From a virus, in IMG/VR virus record IMGVR_UViG_3300047550_003584, positions 12,777 through 76,776 of that record: 64,000 nucleotides of DNA. One strand, written 5' to 3'. A program made the position numbers and the translations under genes. Each line of letters starts with the position of its first letter. Position 1 is the stretch's first letter. The notes under the pieces are model-generated. The model saw only the letters and a list, made by a program, of their open reading frames with translations, searched no databases and was not told where the DNA came from. Positions 54,276 through 63,769 of this stretch are shown here, piece after piece.

Positions 54276-54863
54276 ATGAGCGTCCTGGCCGACTGGGAAA
54301 TCAAAAAACTTGCTGAAGAAGAGGAGATGATTGCTCCTTTCGTTGATCACTTGATCAACAAGGAAGATGGCCGCAAGCTCCTAAGCTATGGCCTTAGCTC
54401 ATACGGATATGACATCCGCCTTTCTCCCAAGCAGTGCTTGATTTTTGGCAAAGTTCAAGCTGGTGATTGCGATCCAAAAAACTTTGATCCTGATATCTTG
54501 AAGCCCGCTGATCTCCTGGAGGATGAAAGAGGTCAATACTTTTTGTTGCCTCCGTACGGATACTGTCTTGGTGTTGCGCAAGAACGTCTGAAACTTCCCA
54601 GGGATGTCACTGTTGTTGCCGTAGGTAAATCTACCTATGCACGTTCAGGTATCTTGGTTAATATCACGCCTGCCGAAAGTGGATGGGAGGGTTACCTAAC
54701 GCTTGAGATCAGTAACTGCACAGGACTCTTCAATCGTATTTACGCAAATGAAGGGATCACGCAATTGTTGTTCTACCGTGGCAACCCTTGTCATACCACG
54801 TACCAAGACCGGAAAGGCAAGTATCAAGACCAGCCTAACAACGTGGTCTTTTCTCAGGTCTAA
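54276..54863 (+). CDS. dcd: dCTP deaminase
   Basis: SYGLSSYGYDIRL, GKSTYARSG, WEGYLTLE, YQDRKGKYQ. Confidence 0.96.
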   Translation: MSVLADWEIKKLAEEEEMIAPFVDHLINKEDGRKLLSYGLSSYGYDIRLSPKQCLIFGKVQAGDCDPKNFDPDILKPADLLEDERGQYFLLPPYGYCLGVAQERLKLPRDVTVVAVGKSTYARSGILVNITPAESGWEGYLTLEISNCTGLFNRIYANEGITQLLFYRGNPCHTTYQDRKGKYQDQPNNVVFSQV

Positions 54864-55346
54864 TTAGGAAAACCCATCTCTCCAAGAGTAAGATTTGCCG
54901 GCAAATGGTTTTGGTTTGTCGGCATAACCAGTTGATCCGCTCTTGCCGCCGGATGTGCCCATAGAAGGTGTTTCTACGGCGCCATAAGCTGGGCCAAAAG
55001 TAGAGACATTCATGTAACCAGGATTTCTTGGGGTTTTTCCTTTATTTGTGTATTCTCTTAATGAGCTTGCGACTTGAAAGCGACCTGCAGCTTTTGCTGA
55101 TTTGATAAATTTTTCCGCTCTTTTTTGATTAATAGCATCTCCTTCATTTGTATACGAAGGACGCTCTGGCCAGGAACCAGGGGTTAATGTGGGCGCATCT
55201 GCTCTTCTTTTATATATATCTTCATCAGCATCTCCGTATCGAAGGTCAATATTGTAATCTGATCCCGGATTTAAATCAGACGCTTCGGCTCCTGACGTAC
55301 CAGAGTCCTTTCCAGAATCGTAAGTAGATTTAAAGATGTTTGCCAT
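54864..55346 (-). CDS. Probable virion protein
   Basis: MANIFKSTYDSGKDSGTSG..., TACAAT upstream. Confidence 0.7.
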   Translation of the reverse strand: MANIFKSTYDSGKDSGTSGAEASDLNPGSDYNIDLRYGDADEDIYKRRADAPTLTPGSWPERPSYTNEGDAINQKRAEKFIKSAKAAGRFQVASSLREYTNKGKTPRNPGYMNVSTFGPAYGAVETPSMGTSGGKSGSTGYADKPKPFAGKSYSWRDGFS

Positions 55347-55384
55347 CCTATTATTGTAGAAGCAGTGAATCAATTAATCCCGTG

Positions 55385-55726
55385 ATGAATTCCGCCGCAA
55401 GCTTCCTTGACGCATTTGTGCAGGATGAAGTCAAGTGTCGTTGTCTTGATGAGGAAACATTTGGCGCACCTCTGGACAACACAGAGAGCGACGTTCCGCT
55501 GTACGATATGTATAATCGCGGTTTAGTTGCATGCGAACAGGGTCTAGAAAGGAATCCGTTGAATCTCGAGGGGGCACGTCCTGGAATGACGGGCTATATC
55601 CCTTCGATGGAGCAGGGCTTGGCATTGGGAGCCTCTCCGAAGCCGAAGGCTCTGGTACTGGAGCTGGAGGAGCCGGACGAGGAGGAGCAGATGCTGTCGG
55701 CAAAACGTCGTGGTTTGATCCGATAA
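55385..55726 (+). CDS. Hypothetical protein
   Basis: 113 aa, acidic. Confidence 0.7.
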   Translation: MNSAASFLDAFVQDEVKCRCLDEETFGAPLDNTESDVPLYDMYNRGLVACEQGLERNPLNLEGARPGMTGYIPSMEQGLALGASPKPKALVLELEEPDEEEQMLSAKRRGLIR

Positions 55727-55758
55727 AAGTCGATTCTGTACCAGAGAACCAGCCCGTG

Positions 55759-56046
55759 ATGGAATGTAAGGACGGTGTTTGCCCGGTACCCTGGGCAGTC
55801 AAGGAAGGATCTCCTGTCCTTCTTCCAGATGTAGTGAATCACCCTCCGCATTACACGGAAGGCGAGATTGAATGCATTGAAGCGATTGAAGCCGGCTTAA
55901 CGCTGGAAGAATTTCGTGGTTACTGCAAGGGTAACGTGATGAAATATAACTGGCGGGAGCGCCATAAAGGCGGAACCGAATCACTGAAAAAAGCGCTGTG
56001 GTATCTGGAGCGTCTTATCCAGCTTGATGAAGCTCAGAAGGGCTGA
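55759..56046 (+). CDS. DUF3310 protein (T7 gp1.7-like nucleotide kinase family)
   Basis: VNHPPHYTEGEIECIEAI..GNVMKYNWR..KG..LKKALWYL. Confidence 0.85.
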   Translation: MECKDGVCPVPWAVKEGSPVLLPDVVNHPPHYTEGEIECIEAIEAGLTLEEFRGYCKGNVMKYNWRERHKGGTESLKKALWYLERLIQLDEAQKG

Positions 56047-56336
56047 AGCTCATCTTCATCATCGTCGTACTCGTCGTCCATGCAAGCGGCGGCGAGTTCG
56101 GCCAATTCAAGATCGGTTGGATGATCCCAGTCGATTTCAATGTTTTCGGACGCCATGATGTCTCTGATAGCGTGCCACTCCATCATGCGTTGGTGGTAGA
56201 GGCTAAGCAGAGCGTAACGTAGTTCCTCCCATGTCATCTCGGCCGATTGAAGTTCCGCCTTACGCATGGCAAATTGCAGTTCCAGGGGGAGTTCAAATTC
56301 CCGTGGCTCAACTGAACGCTCCATTCCGCTCTGCAT
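56034..56336 (-). CDS. nblA: Phycobilisome degradation protein NblA with acidic tail
   Basis: LPLELQFAMRKAELQSAEMTWEELRYALLSLYHQRM fits the NblA L.LEQ.F...MS.EQ...L..LY.Q.M pattern. Confidence 0.75.
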   Translation of the reverse strand: MQSGMERSVEPREFELPLELQFAMRKAELQSAEMTWEELRYALLSLYHQRMMEWHAIRDIMASENIEIDWDHPTDLELAELAAACMDDEYDDDEDELQPF

Positions 56337-56360
56337 TTGCTCGTTGCAATTATTCTAATC

Positions 56361-57020
56361 CTAGCTATTAAAGAGCAGATCGAGTTCCTGATCTACAAAC
56401 TCATCCCACTTGTTTTCGTCAATGCGAAATGCATTGGCAAATTCGGACAAAAGATAAGGGCTAATGCGCTCTTCCAGTTGTCGAACTGCACGTACCTCAT
56501 GGGGAGCAGCACTGTAACTGCGGAACGCAGTCAACAAAATTTCGGTAGAGGACCAGGGATTGGCGTCAATTTCCTGGAGAAACAGATTGATTTCTTCCCG
56601 GCGGCGATCCAAAAGTCCACCAATGACGTTGTGGTCTTCATCAAAAATCCAATGACCCATTTCCTGTGTAGCGCCACAAAAGTTCTCTGCTTCGATACAA
56701 TCAATGACGTGACTGTACAAGAAAGGATCCCAGCCTACCGAATGGATGAATGAGATTAGAGCCTGGCGCATGCTGTTGTCCAGGCCAAGGTTGAGTTTGG
56801 CAAGCTGGTTATCAATGACATTGATCTCGTGGAAGAGGTATTCCAAAGCTTTCTCACGAGTGCAGCATTGGCCACGCTTAACGGGAGAACCATCGGGATA
56901 GAACTGAGTCCCAAACCCGATGGTATAGGGATCTTCACCGGTCGTCGGATCTGGATATGCTTTTTCGCTATACCCTTCGTATTTGCGGATTAAGTTAACC
57001 GCATGCGAAAGATCCGACAT
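56361..57020 (-). CDS. GH24 lysozyme with C-terminal extension
   Basis: EGYSEKAYPD..YTIGFG (E/D/T), ALISF..VG, GLLDRRREE. Confidence 0.9.
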   Translation of the reverse strand: MSDLSHAVNLIRKYEGYSEKAYPDPTTGEDPYTIGFGTQFYPDGSPVKRGQCCTREKALEYLFHEINVIDNQLAKLNLGLDNSMRQALISFIHSVGWDPFLYSHVIDCIEAENFCGATQEMGHWIFDEDHNVIGGLLDRRREEINLFLQEIDANPWSSTEILLTAFRSYSAAPHEVRAVRQLEERISPYLLSEFANAFRIDENKWDEFVDQELDLLFNS

Positions 57021-57056
57021 AGGAGTAACAATTAGTACTCCTAATATACATAACTT

Positions 57057-57179
57057 TTACTTGCCTTGACCACGAGAAAGCTTGCGTCCGTGATTAGGAC
57101 GTGAATGCTTACCATCACCTTGACGTGTTTTCTTGGGCTTGGATTCAATTTGAATGACTGTGGATTTGGGTTTTGCCAT
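57057..57179 (-). CDS. Small basic protein
   Basis: MAKPKS..PKKTRQGDGKHS..RGQGK, a common cyanophage peptide. Confidence 0.7.
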   Translation of the reverse strand: MAKPKSTVIQIESKPKKTRQGDGKHSRPNHGRKLSRGQGK

Positions 57180-57203
57180 GGATAGCAGGATGGCTTACGT
57201 GGC

Positions 57204-57455
57204 TCAGCTTAGGGCATCAAACGCTTGTCCGCGCAATGCGTTGATTTTTGTTTGTAATTGCAAGGCCTGCTGGGAACCGGGATCAGCAAGTTCCAGGTAA
57301 CCAAGTAGTTTATTCAACTCTTGGCGTATTGCTGGTTCAGTTGTGTACAAATCGGTTGACTCTGTCCACTGTTGGCGGTTAACGAGATCACGCCTACTAA
57401 GGAAAGGATTAACCGCCCCCTGACCAATTTGTTTATACTTACCTGCTAATTCCAT
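57204..57455 (-). CDS. Small late protein with LAGKY N-terminus
   Basis: MELAGKYKQIGQG... Confidence 0.7.
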   Translation of the reverse strand: MELAGKYKQIGQGAVNPFLSRRDLVNRQQWTESTDLYTTEPAIRQELNKLLGYLELADPGSQQALQLQTKINALRGQAFDALS

Positions 57456-57727
57456 CACCAAGCCTTGCAGGACCAGTAGCCCGCCGTAAGTTTACTCTTG
57501 GGCTCGTCGCAATTATGGCGAGCACGAAAATTCTTGCGTCGTTCTGGATTATCGCGTTTAATTTCCATATTGGCATCACCAAAACGAACTATTTTTTCTT
57601 GGCCGTTTTCGCACGCCTTCACAACAGATTTTTTTCCACCTTGCACGTCACGTCTCGGCTTATTGCAAGGCATTGAATCCTTTGCAATCTTGGAAGCTTT
57701 TGCTGCTTTTTTATATTTATCTGACAT
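57455..57727 (-). CDS. Conserved basic phage protein
   Basis: KIVRFGDANM..ERRKNFRARHNC..AGYWSCKAW. Confidence 0.85.
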   Translation of the reverse strand: MSDKYKKAAKASKIAKDSMPCNKPRRDVQGGKKSVVKACENGQEKIVRFGDANMEIKRDNPERRKNFRARHNCDEPKSKLTAGYWSCKAW

Positions 57728-57730
57728 GTG

Positions 57731-59971
57731 TTATTGACCGAAGAAAGAGCCAAAGCTGCCAAGAAAATCTTGAGCAGACGGAGATTTGCTAGCCGTTGTC
57801 TTGCTACTTCCTATTTTAAAGTATGAGGGCGCACCTTCATCCTCTTCATCGGTAAAGATACTGAAATAACTTTTCTTTGTAGGTAACTCGGGTTTTTTTG
57901 CACTGCTGTCTTCAAACATGCTACCAATAGAGGACATAGCGGCAAATGGATCGGACATGTCAGGCATGGAGAAGCCAAACAAACCTTGCATCCCTCCTTT
58001 GGTAGATACTGTACCGTCTACTTTGCCAAGATTTTTGTCTTCTTCTGTTGCATCAGGAAAGAAATCACGATAGAACTCGGATTCTGTTCCGTTGTATCCG
58101 GCTTTTTTAAAAATGTTAAAGAGGGCTGTACCGCCGGCAGGGGCTCTTGGTTTTTCATCTGTATCTCGTTGAATGTAACCAGCCCCTAATTCCTCCTGTG
58201 TTGGTTTAATTTGTTGCTCATTAAGTAGACGAATTTTTTCTCGTATTTCAGAAGCAGGTTCTGTCCTTAAAAATTCAGCAAGATAAGCTTTAACTTGTTC
58301 AGCAGGCGTTTCATTAGGATCCAGGCCAACACCTTTTAACTGTGCCAGGTACTCCTCCGGAAGATCTTTTAGGTTTAATTTATCAACCAGCTCTTGTGTC
58401 TTTGTCTCAGCGGAAACAAAGTCCAAGAATACCGGATTGCTATACGATGCTTTTTCATTTTGCAATGCGGTTGCTAAATCCTTTTGAATGTAAGAAGCAA
58501 GATCATCTCGTGTATAAGAGTCTGCTACCGGATCATATCCCTGAGGTTTACCCACCAATTCGTAATGCAGTCTTGCAAAATCATCTTTGTTATTGACGTC
58601 TAATCCGTATTCATAAGCCCATTGCGCCCAAGTTTTTCCGTCTTTTACGGCATTGGCAGAGGCTCTATTTTCCCACGCTCCGTTAACACTTGCTTTCTGT
58701 TGAGCATATAGATTTGCTTTGCTCGTGACATCTGTACCACTCAATAATTCAGGATTTAAATAAAACTTAGGGTCAAACGCTTTACTTGTTGTTTTTGTTG
58801 CAAGGTCACTTAGATAATTATTGGCTTGTTTGTTGGCAAAATCTTTCAATGCACTTGATGCAAGCTGAGTCTGCAAAACGTTTTGTTCATTTTCAGCCAC
58901 ATCCATGTAGCTGACAAATTCGGTAATTGACTTTGAGGTATCAAAACGTGGTTTCAAATAATCGTTGATGAATTTGTTCGCAAACTCTTGTTCAATTTTG
59001 TACGTTGTTGCCGCATCTTTTGGATCCTTAATTTCTTGCATATTGCGATAACGCTCAGCAAGCGTTTCATCAAACCACTTCTGCCAGTTGTATTTAACTG
59101 AGGATCCAATGCCAAGGCTTTTATCAAGAGACTTGGAAAGACCTTGTCCAAAACTTGTAAAACCACCGCCACCCAGATCACCGAGAATTGAGTTTTTGAT
59201 GTCTTGTTTAAAGCCATTCACATCAGGCATGCCCATTCCTTGGAACATGGAACTCATCTGCTCTTGCTTCAGAGTTTTTGAGTATTGATCCAGGGTTTGC
59301 TTGAGGACATCAGCGGAGAGCGCACCAAAGGTTTGCTCCCCTTGGCGGTCAACGTACTCCTGCGTGGATAGCTCAACCAAAGAAGTTGGCTGCTCAGCAG
59401 AAGTACCCAGTAAGGTTTCCCGTAAAATCTGGCGTTCTCTATCGGTGGGAGGTCGAAGAGTCTCCTTGTAATCCGTAAGTTGTCGTTGTTTACCAGGGAG
59501 GCCAGCCGGTGACCCAACAAAGCTATAGTCTGCGTGAAGGTAACTATCTAGACTGGGATATTGCTTGGTGATATCAACGTCTGCAATCTTTTGCCCTGCA
59601 AAAGTAACTGCCGTGTTTGCTTCTTTCCAGGTTTTAGCTTTATCTGGGACAAGTCCGGCATAAAACTTTGCGTCAAATTCAGCGAGGTTCTTGCCCTGCT
59701 TGGTTGAGTCCCAAGGTTTTATGCCTGCTGCTTTTTCATAAAAAGATTCAATAGTGCCAATGGTATCTGCGTCAATAACTTCTTTTGTTGCAACACCTTT
59801 GCTTTGAAGATCTTTATCAATACCCTCCATCAATGTTTTATAGCTTCCTGCTGATCCTTGAAAAGCATTTAACCGTGCAGCAATAAGTTCTGCAGCCTCT
59901 TTTTCTTCAGAAGAAACATCCTCCGCAAGAGTAGGTGTTAAACGTCCGCTGGATACGATAAAACGAATCAT
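57731..59971 (-). CDS. Large probable virion protein
   Basis: 746 aa; two FD.KFY repeats; late cluster. Confidence 0.8.
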   Translation of the reverse strand: MIRFIVSSGRLTPTLAEDVSSEEKEAAELIAARLNAFQGSAGSYKTLMEGIDKDLQSKGVATKEVIDADTIGTIESFYEKAAGIKPWDSTKQGKNLAEFDAKFYAGLVPDKAKTWKEANTAVTFAGQKIADVDITKQYPSLDSYLHADYSFVGSPAGLPGKQRQLTDYKETLRPPTDRERQILRETLLGTSAEQPTSLVELSTQEYVDRQGEQTFGALSADVLKQTLDQYSKTLKQEQMSSMFQGMGMPDVNGFKQDIKNSILGDLGGGGFTSFGQGLSKSLDKSLGIGSSVKYNWQKWFDETLAERYRNMQEIKDPKDAATTYKIEQEFANKFINDYLKPRFDTSKSITEFVSYMDVAENEQNVLQTQLASSALKDFANKQANNYLSDLATKTTSKAFDPKFYLNPELLSGTDVTSKANLYAQQKASVNGAWENRASANAVKDGKTWAQWAYEYGLDVNNKDDFARLHYELVGKPQGYDPVADSYTRDDLASYIQKDLATALQNEKASYSNPVFLDFVSAETKTQELVDKLNLKDLPEEYLAQLKGVGLDPNETPAEQVKAYLAEFLRTEPASEIREKIRLLNEQQIKPTQEELGAGYIQRDTDEKPRAPAGGTALFNIFKKAGYNGTESEFYRDFFPDATEEDKNLGKVDGTVSTKGGMQGLFGFSMPDMSDPFAAMSSIGSMFEDSSAKKPELPTKKSYFSIFTDEEDEGAPSYFKIGSSKTTASKSPSAQDFLGSFGSFFGQ

Positions 59972-60324
59972 GATGCCGCTTTATATTCTTGCATATCAAT
60001 TAAGTTTACATTCTCCGGCTGCATCCAGGTCTTTATTGCATCTAACCTTGCTTGTTCAAAAAAGTCTTGTTGTTTGTACCAGGTTTCCATGTGCGATGAA
60101 GCTTTGTTTGCATTGCAGCGACAACAAGCTGGGATCAAGTTGTGTCGGTTAGAACACCCCGATTTAAACCGTGGGATCACGTGATCAAGGCTTGTGGCAG
60201 TATTGCCGCAATAACCACATTTGTGATCCCAGGCTTGATATATACTTTCTCTGAAACGTTTCTTGGCAAGTTTTGGAGTGATTTCAACTAGCAGGGCGAG
60301 AGGCTCGTGCTGGCTGCAAAACAT
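59968..60324 (-). CDS. HNH endonuclease (McrA-like)
   Basis: CGYCG..LDHVIPR..NLIPACCRCNANK. Confidence 0.9.
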   Translation of the reverse strand: MFCSQHEPLALLVEITPKLAKKRFRESIYQAWDHKCGYCGNTATSLDHVIPRFKSGCSNRHNLIPACCRCNANKASSHMETWYKQQDFFEQARLDAIKTWMQPENVNLIDMQEYKAAS

Positions 60325-60459
60325 GCTCTTCAATTGCCGTTAATTCATTTTAAGTTGTCCACACTGTTACAGGTTTGAGCATAAAGATAAATTTTAAATA
60401 AAGACCCTTGACGCCGCACTAATCTTGTGTAAGGTGAGAGAGTTGCTACTACCGCCTAC

Positions 60460-60678
60460 ATGGCCTCGCATCCTGGTTGGGTTTCTGCTCAGAAGCTAGA
60501 AGAACTTCTTGGCATTGACCGTAAGACACTCTTCAAGTTCCGCGATGACGGCACCCTGAAGCTTGGCCCTCATTATGCGGCATTCCCGGAGACCCGCTCC
60601 AGGGATAGCTACCGCTGGAACGTAACGGCAGTACGCAAACAACTTACAAAAGCTGGTATGATGCCAATGGCCGCCTAG
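60460..60678 (+). CDS. Excisionase-like HTH protein
   Basis: WVSAQKLEELLGIDRKTL..LKLGPHY..YRWN. Confidence 0.75.
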   Translation: MASHPGWVSAQKLEELLGIDRKTLFKFRDDGTLKLGPHYAAFPETRSRDSYRWNVTAVRKQLTKAGMMPMAA

Positions 60679-60692
60679 GGGACGGCCGGGGG

Positions 60693-60730
60693 AAAAGAAA
60701 CGGTCCTGTCAGTGATGGGGCCGTTTTTTA
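60693..60730. terminator. Bidirectional terminator between convergent genes
   Basis: AAAAGAAACGGTCCTGTC-AGT-GATGGGGCCGTTTTTT. Confidence 0.7.
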
Positions 60731-62257
60731 TGGCTTGTATGGCCTGCCGTCTTTATCAAACATGGTAAAGCCTTGCATCAAAATGAACTCTGGTGGAACG
60801 TTGAATAGCTTCTGCATCATTGGCATCATCATCACGGATTGACAGTTGTAGGGAGGGACATCCATCTGAGATAGCGAAAACCTATTCAATGAAGAGGCTT
60901 GAATAGATAACTGTTCATTCTCGGTTTGGTCCACAAGGCGTTGCTCCCATGCTGCCATGCTTTCTCTCCCGACAGGAAAATCAGAAGGCTCTGGCGGAAA
61001 CGTATTATCCGCAAACTTAAGTGCATAGATATGCTTGCAGTAACGCATTTCATCAAGCAACGGTTCCCAGTTGTCTGTTAATGAGGTGATTTCTCCTTGC
61101 TCAGCAGAGTAATCATTGTATCCAGGTAAGCCTTCTGCCTTGGCACCCGTAATGCCTGGGTTTGCGGTACTTCTGATGTAGGTGGCGCCAAAATCAGCAT
61201 AAATGCCGGGATTATCTCTAGTTGCTTTATTATCGACAACACTGTCGGCAACATTGTATGGAAGCTGGAAACCAGAAGGTGCATAGACCTCCATCTGACG
61301 ATTGACGTTGCCAGGTGTCATGGCGCTGTTGTCAATCTCCCCGCCTCTCCTCATTAATTCAAAACGTCCTGGCTTAACAGAAGATGCGCCACTTCTTGGG
61401 AAACGCGTCTTAATACTCTTCGTAATATCCCGCATGAATGCATAATCACGGTGCGTAAAGTCCTGACAAGAACAACAGAATCGTGCACCTGTAATAATGT
61501 ATCGGCCAGGGGTAAAACTAATGGGAGACGGCGTTAAGTACTCTTGGTCAGGTGTGACCTGCACGGACCCAGCCTTACGTAAAGTAAGGATGCCCGTTGT
61601 TGGGTTTGTAGCTGTCAGTACAGCTTGAACATAGCCGTACCGTTTTTGTGTCGTGGGATCAATCGTATCTTTGTCAATGATTTGACCACCAGGAGTAATG
61701 ACGCGATCTTCGATAATTTCACTGTTTAACGGGGTAAGACCCCCTGGTACGCCTGGGATCGCAACATAGAAAGGAGGGGGAAGTGGGTTGGCTGCACTCC
61801 AGGCTCCTGCAAGCTTTACATACCAATTCTCTGTATCTTCTGTAACTGATTCAATGTAAAGACCACTCGTGGTAATGGGATCAACAAGACGATCACTACG
61901 CATGGAGCCTGCATAACGCCAGCCAGCCCAATGCATGCCCATCTCTTTGTTCTTGGTCGGAAACCCTACAAATGTTCCTGAGATGATTGGAGCAGGATTT
62001 GCAACAGAACTTGGTGTACCAGAGGGAACAGGAATTTGATATTGGAAAGGATATTCGTAGCTGTTATCAAAAAACGTAGCAGTTGCCAACTCATACCCAC
62101 GGCGCCAGCGAGACCAGGCTGATTCCCTGTTTGCGGCGTAAATAGAATCTGGCACCGAGCCACGCGAAAACTCAGTCGTAATCGGCTTTATCCCATTGGG
62201 AGCACTGATTGCCGACTGAGTAAAATTACCAAAAGAGCTTCCACTCTTTTTGGCCAT
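60728..62257 (-). CDS. Late-region protein with split SWIM-like Zn finger
   Basis: FCCSCQDF ... YCKHIYAL. Confidence 0.75.
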   Translation of the reverse strand: MAKKSGSSFGNFTQSAISAPNGIKPITTEFSRGSVPDSIYAANRESAWSRWRRGYELATATFFDNSYEYPFQYQIPVPSGTPSSVANPAPIISGTFVGFPTKNKEMGMHWAGWRYAGSMRSDRLVDPITTSGLYIESVTEDTENWYVKLAGAWSAANPLPPPFYVAIPGVPGGLTPLNSEIIEDRVITPGGQIIDKDTIDPTTQKRYGYVQAVLTATNPTTGILTLRKAGSVQVTPDQEYLTPSPISFTPGRYIITGARFCCSCQDFTHRDYAFMRDITKSIKTRFPRSGASSVKPGRFELMRRGGEIDNSAMTPGNVNRQMEVYAPSGFQLPYNVADSVVDNKATRDNPGIYADFGATYIRSTANPGITGAKAEGLPGYNDYSAEQGEITSLTDNWEPLLDEMRYCKHIYALKFADNTFPPEPSDFPVGRESMAAWEQRLVDQTENEQLSIQASSLNRFSLSQMDVPPYNCQSVMMMPMMQKLFNVPPEFILMQGFTMFDKDGRPYKP

Positions 62258-62259
62258 GA

Positions 62260-63042
62260 TTAGAAGAAGCCGCCTTGAGCAACGATATGAGCGCCAGGGG
62301 TGTAGCCAGAGATGTTAGGACCGTCTGGGAACACACCGACGTAAATACGGTCGCCCCGTTCCAGGTAAATGCCTTTGTTGCGGAGAGGAGCTGTGGAGCC
62401 AAGGCCAGCGGTATTACCTGCTTGTGCCACAGGAGCTGCCAGTTGCGGCATCAGATCTGAACAGTCAACAGTACCACTGTTGGCAGGGACTGTCTTGGCG
62501 AACAGCACACGGTAATCACCTGACGCAGGAATAGGTACTGTCGTTCCACGAGTGTGGTAGAACACAAAGGTGACTGCAGGCTGATAGCCGTAAGCAACAC
62601 CGTTGTACGTGAAACCGCTCGATGTACCACCTGAGTAGTGCAGAGCGGTATTAACGCCCGTCAAGGTCGTTGCACCGGTGTAGGTGTAGTAACCAACGCC
62701 ACTGGCCGGGGTGGTTGCAGTGATAACACCCGTGGTCGTTACGTAAACAATCTGTCCACTAACCAGGGAGATAACAGTGCCTGAAGTAGAGGCATTGATG
62801 GTGTAGTCAGGTGCACGATAGAAGTCGTTGCGACTGATGGTGATTGAATCAACAACGCCACCATTGTTGTTGTCTTCCTGGATAGCGGCATCCATGTCGA
62901 CCAGGATCGACGGTGCTTGCCCACCTTGCACAAAGAGGGTATTAGTAGTGGAGCTGCCAACCGTCTGCGTGGTTACTCGGACCGAATCGAATAACGGACG
63001 ATCGATTAACAGTGGCTGCTTGTTCGTTGCGGATGACGACAA
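62260..63042 (-). CDS. Probable structural protein
   Basis: TNKQPLLIDRP start; beta-rich; AQGGFF end. Confidence 0.75.
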   Translation of the reverse strand: MSSSATNKQPLLIDRPLFDSVRVTTQTVGSSTTNTLFVQGGQAPSILVDMDAAIQEDNNNGGVVDSITISRNDFYRAPDYTINASTSGTVISLVSGQIVYVTTTGVITATTPASGVGYYTYTGATTLTGVNTALHYSGGTSSGFTYNGVAYGYQPAVTFVFYHTRGTTVPIPASGDYRVLFAKTVPANSGTVDCSDLMPQLAAPVAQAGNTAGLGSTAPLRNKGIYLERGDRIYVGVFPDGPNISGYTPGAHIVAQGGFF

Positions 63043-63085
63043 TGTTCTACTTCCTACTTGTTTACATTATAAAGCTTGTTTTCAA

Positions 63086-63769
63086 TCAAGCGTACGGATT
63101 AAGGTAGCTTGAAAGAAAATCAAGGGGACCCGCCATGGTCTGAGGGGAGAATAGTTCCATTACTAATCTTTCTTTCAAGATATCTTTCATGGACGCTTGC
63201 TTGGTGTTACTGCCGGACATTGCCGCCATAAAACCTTTCAAGAAGCCATTGCTAGACAGATCTTGCTGTTGCTGTCCCTGAGAAGCTTGGCCAGTAGAAG
63301 GCAACGTGCCATAACCCTCAGGAATGTCCCCTAAAACACGTTGAGCATTTTTAAAGAGATCTCCACCTTCTTTAAAACGTGGCAAAGCACTCCTTACGGA
63401 TGTACCAAAAGAATCTTTAGCGTCTAGCGATACGTTTGGATTTCCACCAAGAACTGTTGCATAGGCACGCCCAATATCCATCCCAGGCTTAAAGCCACGG
63501 TCTTGAAAATATTTCAAGACAGCAGACATCTGACCAGCTCTTGTTTGCGGTCCAGTAATGCCGTAAAGTTTTTGTTCGTTTTGCCCAAACTGAATTAAGC
63601 CTTTATGTCGACCTCCTGCACCACCAACAATGTTGGGATCCATGTTGGGTCCGGATTCCAGAGAAAGGAATCCACCAAACTCATAAGGATGCAATCCTAG
63701 TTGCTGTGCCCCACGGAAGATTGCCATCCGCTCTTCATGGGGAAGGATACCAACGCGTGGAGTAGACAT
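63086..63769 (-). CDS. Lytic-transglycosylase-like virion protein
   Basis: AQQLGL..LSLESG..GLIQF..Y..VL.GNP. Confidence 0.75.
   Translation of the reverse strand: MSTPRVGILPHEERMAIFRGAQQLGLHPYEFGGFLSLESGPNMDPNIVGGAGGRHKGLIQFGQNEQKLYGITGPQTRAGQMSAVLKYFQDRGFKPGMDIGRAYATVLGGNPNVSLDAKDSFGTSVRSALPRFKEGGDLFKNAQRVLGDIPEGYGTLPSTGQASQGQQQQDLSSNGFLKGFMAAMSGSNTKQASMKDILKERLVMELFSPQTMAGPLDFLSSYLNPYA

Noticed and set aside
52390-60678. Lysogeny module inferred from excisionase-like HTH genes
   Set aside because: No integrase, repressor or att site recognised in the window
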